Assembly: GCA_001779955.1 (NCBI GenBank)
Contig: MFES01000001.1
Span: 1-40,349, forward strand
Length of the DNA: 40,349 nt
Direction of reading: 5' to 3'
From: Candidatus Doudnabacteria bacterium RIFCSPHIGHO2_02_FULL_46_11
GTDB taxonomy: Bacteria > Patescibacteriota > Doudnabacteria > UBA920 > 2-02-FULL-46-11
Shown: one piece after another, positions 8,982 through 16,757 of the stretch
Numbering within the stretch: the stretch's first letter is position 1
How the letters are laid out: each line of letters begins with the position of its first letter
Translations under genes and position numbers: made by a program
The notes under the pieces: generated by a model
What the model was told of the DNA's origin: nothing
What the model saw: the letters and a program-made list of their open reading frames with translations, nothing else
Database searches by the model: none

Positions 8982-10454
8982 ATGATTCCGGAAAAGATAA
9001 AACTAATTTCCAAAGAGATTTCTAATAACGGCGGCTGTGCTTTTTTGGTAGGCGGTTCCGTGCGTGACCATTTGTTAAAATCTCCGGTTAAGGATTTTGA
9101 CGTTGAAGTCTACGGCTTAAAATTACCGGCCCTTAAAAAAATAGTAGGTAGGTATGGAAAAGCCAAAGAAGTAGGAAAAACTTTTGGCGTTATCAAAATT
9201 TTTACTAAAGAGGAGTTGGAGATTGATTTTTCCCTACCGCGCAAAGATATAAAAATTGCGCGAGGGCACCGCGGTTTTAAAATAACGACCGATCCGGCTT
9301 TAAATTACAAAAAAGCGCTGAAGAGACGAGATTTCACCATCAACAGTATTCTACTCGATCCGCTTACCGGAGAATTCATTGACCCTTTCAATGGCCGTGA
9401 AGATTTAAAAAAGAGAGTGCTTCGAGTAACCGATAAAACAACCTTTGCCGAGGACCCGCTGCGGGTGCTGCGGGCAATTCAACTGGTCGCCAGATATGAG
9501 CTAAAAATAGAGCCCCGAAGCAGAAAAATAATAAAGGCTGCGGCGCCGCGGCTGAAGGAATTGAGCAAAGACAGAATTTGGACGGAATGGAAAAAGTTGC
9601 TTTTAGCCCATAGACCGTCACTCGGGCTTGAGGCCGCCCGCGAACTCGGTTTAACCAAAACTTTTTATCCGATGCTTGCCGCCTTGGAAAAAACGCATGA
9701 AAACCCGGCCTGGCATCCGGAAAAAAATGTTTGGCAGCATTGCAAGCTGACGGCCGACCAGGCCGCTTTGATTGCGGCCACAGAAAAACTTAACCTGTTC
9801 GAATCAACACTGCTAGTCCTGGCCGGAATCTGCCATGATTTAGGAAAGCCCCTTACCAGCCGAATCGTAAATGGCGTCAGACGAACCATTGGCCACGCAA
9901 AGGCCGGAGAGAAACCGGCCCGTGAATTTCTTAAAGCCATTGGCGCGCCGAATATCTACTATAAAAAAATTCTCGGCCTGGTTTTATACCATATGCGGCC
10001 CTTATCCTGGTATCTGGGCAAAGAAGAATTCAGCAGCGCCGGCATCAGGCGGCTGGCGCGCGATTTGCACCCCTATGGCCTAACGTTCCGTGAACTTGCA
10101 CGCTTGAGCCTGGCAGACAATAGGGGACTGGGCGAATTCCCGCCCGCGCAAAGGCTAGAGAAAAAGAGAGAAAAAGAACGTTTCATTACCTTCCTAAAAA
10201 AATTGGAAAAAAGGGCGGCCAGCCTCCGTGTTCTTTCTGCACAGCCGAAGGCAGTCGTGAGCGGACGGGATTTGTTAAAACTGGGTTTTAAGCCAGGCCC
10301 GAATATAGGCGCGGCAATGCGGTTAGCCGAAGACTTGGGCGATTTGAACTTTAAAAAAACTGCTATACTTAAAAAAATGGGTAAAATTACCAGAGATAAT
10401 ACTGAAAAAAAAGTTATATTAAAGTTACAATCGCTGGTCAAGACCAGACAATAA
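8982..10454 (+). CDS. cca: CCA-adding tRNA nucleotidyltransferase with C-terminal HD domain
   Basis: 490 aa; GGSVRD..DFDVE, RRDFTINS, and HD-region HDLGKP. Confidence 0.85.
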   Translation: MIPEKIKLISKEISNNGGCAFLVGGSVRDHLLKSPVKDFDVEVYGLKLPALKKIVGRYGKAKEVGKTFGVIKIFTKEELEIDFSLPRKDIKIARGHRGFKITTDPALNYKKALKRRDFTINSILLDPLTGEFIDPFNGREDLKKRVLRVTDKTTFAEDPLRVLRAIQLVARYELKIEPRSRKIIKAAAPRLKELSKDRIWTEWKKLLLAHRPSLGLEAARELGLTKTFYPMLAALEKTHENPAWHPEKNVWQHCKLTADQAALIAATEKLNLFESTLLVLAGICHDLGKPLTSRIVNGVRRTIGHAKAGEKPAREFLKAIGAPNIYYKKILGLVLYHMRPLSWYLGKEEFSSAGIRRLARDLHPYGLTFRELARLSLADNRGLGEFPPAQRLEKKREKERFITFLKKLEKRAASLRVLSAQPKAVVSGRDLLKLGFKPGPNIGAAMRLAEDLGDLNFKKTAILKKMGKITRDNTEKKVILKLQSLVKTRQ

Positions 10455-10473
10455 CCATTAATTAAAAAAACCT

Positions 10474-11079
10474 ATGTTCGAACTCCCGAATTTGCCCTAT
10501 GAACTCAATGCGCTCGAACCCTTTATCGACGCGCAAACCATGGAAATCCACCACGGCAAGCACCATGCCGCCTACGTAAAAAAATTAAATGAGGCCCTAG
10601 AGGCCAAAAAAGATTTGCAGTCAAAATCGATTGAGGAAATTTTGCAATCGCTTGATTCTTTGCCGGAAGAGGTACGTACCAAGGTACGTAATAACGGCGG
10701 CGGGCATTATAACCATTCATTTTTTTGGCCTTTGATGAAACAGAATGGCGGAGGAGAACCAGCCGGCGATTTAGCCCAGGCTATAAACGACGCTTTTGGA
10801 AACTTCGCAGATTTCAAAATCAAATTTTCCGAAGCGGCCGCAAATCATTTTGGCAGCGGCTGGGCTTGGCTTACATTTGAGGATGGAAAGCTAACCATTT
10901 CAACTACGCCAAATCAGGATAGCCCTGTGATGCGCGGCATAAAACCGATCTTAGGCCTCGACGTTTGGGAGCACGCCTATTACCTCAAATATCAAAACAA
11001 ACGTCCTGACTATATAAATGCCTGGTGGAATGTAGTGAACTGGGAACAAGCCGAAGAAAACTACGCAAACGCCAAGTAA
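10474..11079 (+). CDS. sodA: Fe/Mn superoxide dismutase
   Basis: 201 aa; [45 protein letters not shown]. Confidence 0.9.
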   Translation: MFELPNLPYELNALEPFIDAQTMEIHHGKHHAAYVKKLNEALEAKKDLQSKSIEEILQSLDSLPEEVRTKVRNNGGGHYNHSFFWPLMKQNGGGEPAGDLAQAINDAFGNFADFKIKFSEAAANHFGSGWAWLTFEDGKLTISTTPNQDSPVMRGIKPILGLDVWEHAYYLKYQNKRPDYINAWWNVVNWEQAEENYANAK

Positions 11080-11082
11080 TTC

Positions 11083-11117
11083 CAGGTCAGACCTATAGTT
11101 TGCCCAGGTCTGACCTG
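11083..11117. repeat. Hairpin CAGGTCAGACCT-N10-AGGTCTGACCTG, paralog of the 503-539 hairpin
   Basis: 12-bp stem 4 nt after the sod stop; stem sequence identical to the core of the hairpin at 503-539. Confidence 0.7.
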
Positions 11118-11182
11118 TATTAAACGCCCAACATAGTATTAAAAGCCGAAAGCCGCTTAACCATTTGCGGTTGATTTTTGAT

Positions 11183-11211
11183 TTGCATTAAATTTAAAAT
11201 AGTGCTATAAT
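11183..11211 (+). promoter_or_regulatory. Candidate promoter for island B (TTGCAT-N17-TATAAT)
   Basis: Read directly; followed by a 49-nt leader and SD AAGGGGG 4 nt before ATG 11261. Confidence 0.55.
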
Positions 11212-11260
11212 ATATATCATCCCAAAAGAGTACAGACCTCGGCCAAAAGAAGGGGGTAGG

Positions 11261-11593
11261 ATGAAGTTCCGCTCCACAGTACCGGAAGTGGCCATGGTGA
11301 GGGCGCTGTCGGCCGTTCTAGACTGCGACGTGACAATCACGATCGTCGGCGGGGTTGTCACGGTTTTCGCGGATACGAACCGCCGCACAGAACCATTCCA
11401 TCCGTGGCCAGTGCCCAAGGACGAGCTTCCGCTCTCGATGAGGCGCCGCTCCGTGAGTGGCGCGCTGCCTCGGCATCTGGTGAGCGAGATGCTCACAACG
11501 GCACTCGTGATACGCGCCATCAACGCTGGTGCTGTCCCTGAAGAAGTCGATGAGACCCAGTTGCTGCTCGACTGGGACAAAATCGACGAGTAG
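11261..11593 (+). CDS. Island B: hypothetical 110-aa protein
   Basis: GC-rich ORF; I read the codons and third positions are predominantly G/C. Has its own promoter, SD and terminator. No family recognised. Confidence 0.6.
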   Translation: MKFRSTVPEVAMVRALSAVLDCDVTITIVGGVVTVFADTNRRTEPFHPWPVPKDELPLSMRRRSVSGALPRHLVSEMLTTALVIRAINAGAVPEEVDETQLLLDWDKIDE

Positions 11594-11621
11594 CAAAGGA
11601 GGGTTACCTAAAGCAAGCGAA

Positions 11622-11655
11622 CCCCGCGCCAGATTTTTGTGGCGCGGGGAATGTG
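11622..11655 (+). terminator. Intrinsic terminator of island B
   Basis: CCCCGCGCC-AGATTTTTGT-GGCGCGGGG followed by AATGTGTTTT. Confidence 0.7.
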
Positions 11656-11720
11656 TTTTAAATAGACAAATACTCAAAAAATTGATACAATTTTTTTGGC
11701 AAAATTTTATGTTAATATTG

Positions 11721-11769
11721 TAGGATCGTCTAACGGTGGGACACGTGCCTCTGGAGCACAGAATCTTGG
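11721..11769 (+). pseudogene. Truncated 5' two-thirds copy of tRNA-Gln (no T-loop, no 3' acceptor strand)
   Basis: 11723-11769 matches 11795-11841 of the intact tRNA at 44 of 47 positions. One change breaks the anticodon stem (C:A). The acceptor 5' strand is not conserved. Confidence 0.7.
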
Positions 11770-11790
11770 CACGCCCCCACACCTTATCGC

Positions 11791-11864
11791 TCCGGGATCG
11801 TCTAACGGCAGGACATGTGCCTCTGGAGCACAGAATCTTGGTTCGAATCCAAGTCCCGGAACCA
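11791..11864 (+). tRNA. tRNA-Gln (anticodon CUG), CCA encoded
   Basis: Manual cloverleaf: acceptor TCCGGGA/TCCCGGA, D stem GTC/GAC, anticodon stem TGTGC/GCACA with loop CTCTGGA, T arm CTTGG-TTCGAAT-CCAAG, discriminator A plus CCA. Confidence 0.85.
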
Positions 11865-11892
11865 GAAAAGACGGCGTCTTTAGATAGCATCC

Positions 11893-12070
11893 TTTTTCTA
11901 TAGGCGACTTGGATTCGAACGGGAAGGGGGTTGGGGAAACGGTAGTTTCCCCGTGGTGGAAATACTAAAACCGCAAGGTTTTAGAAAGGCGGTCAATGAC
12001 CGCCGCGTGAGATTCCAGGTCCCGGAACCATTGGGTGTGAGGGTGAAAATCCATATCCCCCAGCCAAGAA
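11893..12070 (+). ncRNA. Candidate structured RNA of unknown class, built around a split tRNA-Gln T-arm/acceptor fragment
   Basis: CTTGGATTCGAA (11908-11919) and TCCAGGTCCCGGAACCA (12014-12030) match the tRNA-Gln 3' third. Between them lie 94 nt with three GC hairpins (11933-11952; 11967-11982 with a GCAA loop; 11988-12004). The unit ends at a strong terminator. Confidence 0.4.
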
Positions 12071-12100
12071 AAAACCGCTATTTGCTAGCGGTTTTTTCTT
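12071..12100 (+). terminator. Intrinsic terminator closing the tRNA-Gln/candidate RNA unit
   Basis: AAAACCGCTA-TTTGC-TAGCGGTTTTTTCTTT. Confidence 0.8.
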
Positions 12101-12117
12101 TGTTAAATTAAATAGTT

Positions 12118-12149
12118 TCGCCGCGCACCTAAAAATCGGTGCGCGGCGA
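12118..12149 (-). terminator. GC hairpin downstream of island C
   Basis: TCGCCGCGCACC-TAAAAATC-GGTGCGCGGCGA, 12-bp stem; the T-run on the minus strand is weak. Confidence 0.5.
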
Positions 12150-12199
12150 ATGCGAATCCGAATTCATCTCAGTTGTGGGTCCCGAGACGCTTCGTCCGA

Positions 12200-12457
12200 C
12201 TATCTGACCTCGGCTGAGCAGTTCCTCGCAGCGTACCGAGCGGCACAGAAACCCAGATACCGAGTAGTTCCGAGCGTGCGATCGTCCCTGTATGAAGAGT
12301 GGATCTGCCCTTCTTTGTAGCCCTCTGTCCACTCGGCACGACGCTGTTCGCCCTCCTCGACGCTCAAGCCGGGATACTTCGGACAAGTGAGAATATGCGG
12401 AGTCTCAATCTGATCCCGTACAACAGGGCGCCTGCAGAGTTCGCAGGTTTTTGGCAT
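12200..12457 (-). CDS. Island C: hypothetical 85-aa protein with N-terminal CxxC
   Basis: ATG preceded by GAAGGGGGG; MPKTCELCRRP...LTCPKYPG. The frame choice is uncertain, because an alternative frame 12129..12386 is also open. Confidence 0.4.
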   Translation of the reverse strand: MPKTCELCRRPVVRDQIETPHILTCPKYPGLSVEEGEQRRAEWTEGYKEGQIHSSYRDDRTLGTTRYLGFCAARYAARNCSAEVR

Positions 12458-12540
12458 TTGACCCCCCTTCGTTGTGAACTAGATACTAAAATAATGCCAC
12501 GCTTTTGGAGTGGTGTAAACATTCAATCCAAAAAGCCTTG

Positions 12541-13488
12541 TTAGATTAACTTTAATTTATCTCCGACACCTGCGGCAAAATCGGCGGCTTTCATGCGTTT
12601 ACCACCCGACACCTGTAACTCCAAAATCTCCAAGGCCACTGTGCCAGTGCCTATGAATATTCTCTTGTTGTCCACTTCGACCTCTCCGGGTTTTAATTTT
12701 TTATCCGAAATCTCTACCTTAAAAATTTTCAACCCTTGTTCTTCAATTTTTATTTTTGATTTTTCCATTTTGATTTTGCTATATGTTCCCGGCCAGGGAT
12801 TAAGGGCGCGAATTTGCCTGTCGATCTCATCTGCCGGTTTTTGCCAGTCGATTTTACCGTCTTCCTTTTTAAACGATGGGGCAAGAGTCGCTAATTCATG
12901 GTTTTGTTCGCGAGGCTTAATTTCGCTTGATAAATATTTGAATAACGACTCATCTAAAAGTTCAACTGATAAATCTTCAGATTTTTTATGCAATGATTCG
13001 AAAGTTTCGTCAGGATCAACGGATATTTCTTTTTGACTAATTATTGGGCCGTGATCAAGTAATTCATCTAAAACAAAAAGTGTAACCCCTGTTACTTTCT
13101 CCCCAGCCCAAATAGCGTACTGCATAGGTGCGGCACCCCTATATTTAGGGAGTAGGGAAACGTGTAAATTTAAAAAGCCCTTGCGAGGTATATCTAAAAT
13201 ATTTTTAGGGATTATCTTCCCATATGAGGCGACAACTGCTACGTCTAGCGACAAATGCTTTAAGACTTGTTCAATATAAATATTTTTTAAGTCATTTGGC
13301 TGCAACAAAATTATTTGTTTATCTCCAAGCCATTGCTTTACCGGTGAGCTTGATAATTCCTGCTTGCGGCCCACCGGCTTATCGGGCGAGGTAGCAACAG
13401 CCACGAGGCTTGTATTTTCGTATAGCCAAGCTAATACCGGCAAACCAAAAGCAGAGGTGCCGAAAAATATTACTCGAGGTTTATCCAT
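12541..13488 (-). CDS. fmt: Methionyl-tRNA formyltransferase
   Basis: 315 aa; FFGTS.F..P.L, NLHVSLLPKYRGAAPMQYAI, and a C-terminal domain. Confidence 0.9.
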   Translation of the reverse strand: MDKPRVIFFGTSAFGLPVLAWLYENTSLVAVATSPDKPVGRKQELSSSPVKQWLGDKQIILLQPNDLKNIYIEQVLKHLSLDVAVVASYGKIIPKNILDIPRKGFLNLHVSLLPKYRGAAPMQYAIWAGEKVTGVTLFVLDELLDHGPIISQKEISVDPDETFESLHKKSEDLSVELLDESLFKYLSSEIKPREQNHELATLAPSFKKEDGKIDWQKPADEIDRQIRALNPWPGTYSKIKMEKSKIKIEEQGLKIFKVEISDKKLKPGEVEVDNKRIFIGTGTVALEILELQVSGGKRMKAADFAAGVGDKLKLI

Positions 13489-13984
13489 AAAATTCCTTAG
13501 TTAGCTCATCGCGCTCGGCCTTGCTTAAACGGTCAACAAACAACATGCCGTTAATGTGATCAACTTCGTGCTGGATAACATGTGCCAAAAAACCGTCTGC
13601 CTTAAACTCGAGTTTTTTACCCTTGGGGTCGTAGGCAACCACATCCACTTTCTCCGCCCTCTCTACTTTGGCAAATTTGCCGGGAACGGAAAGACAACCT
13701 TCTTCCAAAAGCAATTTTTTAGCTGAATACTTTTGTATTTTAGGATTGATTAAAGGGAAAGGCGGCACCTTTAGGTGCTCAAGATTAATAATCACCACCT
13801 GCAAATTAACGCCAACTTGCGGCGCGGCAATACCAACACCCTTAGATTTCCTGCAAATACGGAGCATTTCAGCAAGTAGGCGTTGAAAATCACGAGATAA
13901 GGGAAATTTAACCTTTTCACTAGGCTCCCTCAAATTTTCCGCCGGCAAGGTCACCAGTTTTAACTGATGTTTATTGTTTGACAT
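13481..13984 (-). CDS. def: Peptide deformylase
   Basis: 167 aa; GVGIAAPQVG, EGCLSVPG and HEVDHINGMLF motifs; 8-nt overlap with fmt. Confidence 0.9.
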   Translation of the reverse strand: MSNNKHQLKLVTLPAENLREPSEKVKFPLSRDFQRLLAEMLRICRKSKGVGIAAPQVGVNLQVVIINLEHLKVPPFPLINPKIQKYSAKKLLLEEGCLSVPGKFAKVERAEKVDVVAYDPKGKKLEFKADGFLAHVIQHEVDHINGMLFVDRLSKAERDELTKEFYG

Positions 13985-14267
13985 TCTCTTTTTCTATTAT
14001 GCCTAAATAATAAAGAAAGGCTTCATCACCGGCCTTGCCCTGCTCTTTGACCAAAGCAAACCTACGCTCTAAAACCGGTAGATTTCGCCTGGCATGGCTC
14101 ATTAAAATCGCCCGCACATCAAGCGGATCTTTGTCCTTATTGGTTTGCACATAGCGGGGCAAATGCAGATCTTCAATTATATTCAAAACCGCATCCTGCC
14201 ACTTGAACCTGACGCGATTTTTATCTTTCAATTTCTGCAATTTGCTAATTTTATCGTCTATTTCCAT
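13971..14267 (-). CDS. Hypothetical 98-aa protein
   Basis: Backbone-like composition; overlaps the def start by 14 nt, so probably co-transcribed. No family recognised. Confidence 0.5.
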   Translation of the reverse strand: MEIDDKISKLQKLKDKNRVRFKWQDAVLNIIEDLHLPRYVQTNKDKDPLDVRAILMSHARRNLPVLERRFALVKEQGKAGDEAFLYYLGIIEKENVKQ

Positions 14268-14307
14268 AGCTGGATGTATTATAACGTAATGTTATAATTA
14301 CAGCACT

Positions 14308-15015
14308 ATGACAGGGCAACTTTGGGATATTGAGGGCGCGGACGGCAGCGGCAAGGAAACCCAAACCCGCCTGCTGATTGACCGGCTAAACCAGCCCGGC
14401 GTTTTAGGCGGAAATAAGGCGCATTACTGGACCTTTCCGACCTATGAAGACCCGGTTTGGGGAAAACTGATTAAGGAGCATCTGGCGGACATTTCTAAAA
14501 AGGCCGATGATTATGACCCGCAGTACACCGCGCTTTTGTATGCGGCTGACCGCGGCAAGGCCGCAGTCAAGCTACAACCGCTGATTAAAGCGGGCGATTG
14601 GATAATCTGCGACCGTTATATTGCTTCGAATATGGCCTTTCAGGGGGCAAAAATAAAGGATGAAAAAAAACGTGATGAGTTCGTCAGCTGGCTCGAAGAC
14701 AAAGAATATAATTATTTTCAAATTCCCAAGGCCGCTGGCACAATATACCTTTCACTGCCCGTTGAAGTCAGCATGGCGCGCACGGAAAAAAGAAGGCAGG
14801 AGGCAATTGAAAAAGGTTTAGCCTTAGGCGATAAAATAAAAAAGGCCGACATTTATGAGCAAGACAGGGAATTTTTGGAAAGAGTGCGGAACGAATACTT
14901 GCGCCTGGCTCCCCTCAAGGGATGGCACGTGATAAACTGTGTTCAGGAAGGACGCGAACTGCCGCGCGAAGAAATCGCAGAGAAAATTTGGCAAATAGTA
15001 TCAATAAACCCATGA
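14308..15015 (+). CDS. tmk: Thymidylate kinase
   Basis: 235 aa; P-loop DIEGADGSGKETQ, DRY motif (CDRYIASN). TATAAT at 14293-14298 lies 9 nt from the ATG. Confidence 0.8.
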   Translation: MTGQLWDIEGADGSGKETQTRLLIDRLNQPGVLGGNKAHYWTFPTYEDPVWGKLIKEHLADISKKADDYDPQYTALLYAADRGKAAVKLQPLIKAGDWIICDRYIASNMAFQGAKIKDEKKRDEFVSWLEDKEYNYFQIPKAAGTIYLSLPVEVSMARTEKRRQEAIEKGLALGDKIKKADIYEQDREFLERVRNEYLRLAPLKGWHVINCVQEGRELPREEIAEKIWQIVSINP

Positions 15016-15572
15016 CAACTAAACGCATGTTCATATCTGTTGAACTGCCAGAAACCGTAAAAGCCATGCTTGACGGCCTACAGTTGGAATCAAGCAATAT
15101 CAGTTGGCTCAACCCCGACCAATATCACATCACTATTTACTTCTTGGGCGAAATAAATGCCGGCCAAGAAAATGAGGTTAAAAAAATACTTTCCAACGAA
15201 ATGTTTGATTTTCCGGAAATTGATTTAAAACTTAGCGCGGTAAGTATTGTAAAGGGACGAATGATTTGGGTGGAAGTGGAAGACCAAACCGGCCTTTTGC
15301 AAAAGCTATATTCAGAATTGCGTGAAAAAATAATACTGGCAAAAATAGGTGAGCCGGCCCGTGAAATCTTGGCACCCCATATCCTGCTCGGCAAAAGTGT
15401 CGGACATGACAAACTATTGGACCAAGATACTACCATTAAGGACTTAAAGAATAATTTTAAACCTTTTTCGCTCAAGGCTTCAGGCGTGTCATTATTCGAA
15501 AGCGAACTAAGACCCCAAGGAGCTTTGCATGTCAAGGTGCGAGATTTTGTCTTTGGGCGCTCTCATTCATAG
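15012..15572 (+). CDS. thpR: RNA 2',3'-cyclic phosphodiesterase (2H phosphoesterase, LigT/ThpR)
   Basis: Start moved to the internal ATG at 15012 (ATGA overlap with the tmk stop). MFISVELPE.., HITIYFLGE and HILLGK 2H motifs. Confidence 0.7.
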   Translation: MTTKRMFISVELPETVKAMLDGLQLESSNISWLNPDQYHITIYFLGEINAGQENEVKKILSNEMFDFPEIDLKLSAVSIVKGRMIWVEVEDQTGLLQKLYSELREKIILAKIGEPAREILAPHILLGKSVGHDKLLDQDTTIKDLKNNFKPFSLKASGVSLFESELRPQGALHVKVRDFVFGRSHS

Positions 15573-15578
15573 CTGCTT

Positions 15579-16385
15579 ATGCAAAAAGTAGACATCCTCG
15601 GCGTAAAAATTGACGCCCTGAAAAAAAATGAATTCCGGCAGCGTTTGCGTTCTCTGCTCGATGCAACGGAACGAAACAATAAAATAGTTACCACCACTTA
15701 CTCCGAATTTATCGTTACCGCCCAAAAGGACGAACGGTTCAGGGCTATCTTAAATTCAGCGGAACTAAATTTAGCCGATGGCATAGGCATACTTTGGGCG
15801 GCCACATATTTAAATGCAAAAATCAAAAATCAAAAATTAAAATTAGAAAAAATTAAACTTTTTTTAAAAACCGCCTATTGGACGGCCTTCGAGCAAGAAA
15901 AAATCCGAGATGTAATTCCGGAGCGCCTGCCCGGCGCCGATATTATTTGGGACGTATGCCAGATTGCCGAACAAACAGGCAATTCAATTTTTCTGCTTGG
16001 CGGCCACGGCCCGGTGGATGAAATACTTAAAAATAAGTTCCCGGCCCTAAAAATCGCTGGCCGGTATGAAGGCAACCCAAATGAGCCTGAACTAGCCGAA
16101 AGAATTAAAAAGACGAATACTGATATTTTGCTTGTCGCCTTCGGGCCAATTAAGCAAGAATACTGGCTCATGCATAATAGAAGCGATTTAAATGTAAAAA
16201 TCGCCGTGGGCCTGGGAGGAACCTTTGATTATTTAGTCGGTAATAAAAAAAGAGCAGGGGATACTTGGCAAAAATACGGGCTTGAATGGCTACACCGCCT
16301 ACTAACCCAGCCCTGGCGAATACGGCGAATGTGGAACGCGATTATCGTTTTTTCCTGGTTGGTGGTTCGACAAAAAATGAATTAA
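15579..16385 (+). CDS. WecB/TagA/CpsF family (GT26) glycosyltransferase
   Basis: 268 aa; ADGIGILWAA, IFLLGG, DILLVAFGPIKQEYW and GVGGTFD-like LGGTFDY. Confidence 0.8.
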   Translation: MQKVDILGVKIDALKKNEFRQRLRSLLDATERNNKIVTTTYSEFIVTAQKDERFRAILNSAELNLADGIGILWAATYLNAKIKNQKLKLEKIKLFLKTAYWTAFEQEKIRDVIPERLPGADIIWDVCQIAEQTGNSIFLLGGHGPVDEILKNKFPALKIAGRYEGNPNEPELAERIKKTNTDILLVAFGPIKQEYWLMHNRSDLNVKIAVGLGGTFDYLVGNKKRAGDTWQKYGLEWLHRLLTQPWRIRRMWNAIIVFSWLVVRQKMN

Positions 16386-16443
16386 AAAGCAATTACCGCC
16401 GACCAATGATCGACGGTAAAGGCCACACGGCCGGGTTGATGCG

Positions 16444-16653
16444 TCAGGTGGTGGCGACTACTGCCCGATCGGGGCGATTGTCATGCACGAGAGCATTCAG
16501 GCGCGCTTTCTCTGCCCTGAAGAACTCCCAGCAGTCAGCACAGTTACCGACATGCGCTTCAGCCGCTTGGCGGAGACCCGCAAATAGCGTCGGGCTGATG
16601 CTGGCGTTCATAATGACGTTGCGAACGTGGAGACAACCTGCCGCTTCTGCCAT
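16444..16653 (-). CDS. Island D: 70-aa protein with anti-sigma-factor-type zinc finger motif (H-x3-C-x2-C)
   Basis: ATG at 16653 preceded by GGAGGAAG (the track ORF starts earlier). AEAHVGNCADCWEFF fits the zf-HC2/ZAS pattern. GC-rich. Confidence 0.5.
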   Translation of the reverse strand: MAEAAGCLHVRNVIMNASISPTLFAGLRQAAEAHVGNCADCWEFFRAEKARLNALVHDNRPDRAVVATT

Positions 16654-16757
16654 ACTTCCTCCGATGTGTTGCGGGCAAAAATAAAGCACGCTAGGCGTGC
16701 CGCGGATGGTTCTTTATTTGTCGAAACAAGACCATATTAGATATAATTTAACTTATC

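Noticed and set aside
11318-11890. 190-aa minus-strand ORF
   Set aside because: It runs antisense across island B, its terminator, the tRNA-Gln fragment and the intact tRNA-Gln gene. The duplicated peptide ILCSRGTCP.VRRS merely reflects the two tRNA copies.
11893-12070. Calling this region tmRNA (ssrA)
   Set aside because: Only the 5' GGATTCGA(A)CGGG-like motif fits. There is no 3' strand complementary to the putative 5' acceptor, no proper T-arm, no plausible tag reading frame ending in hydrophobic residues, and the length is far too short. It is kept only as an unclassified candidate RNA.
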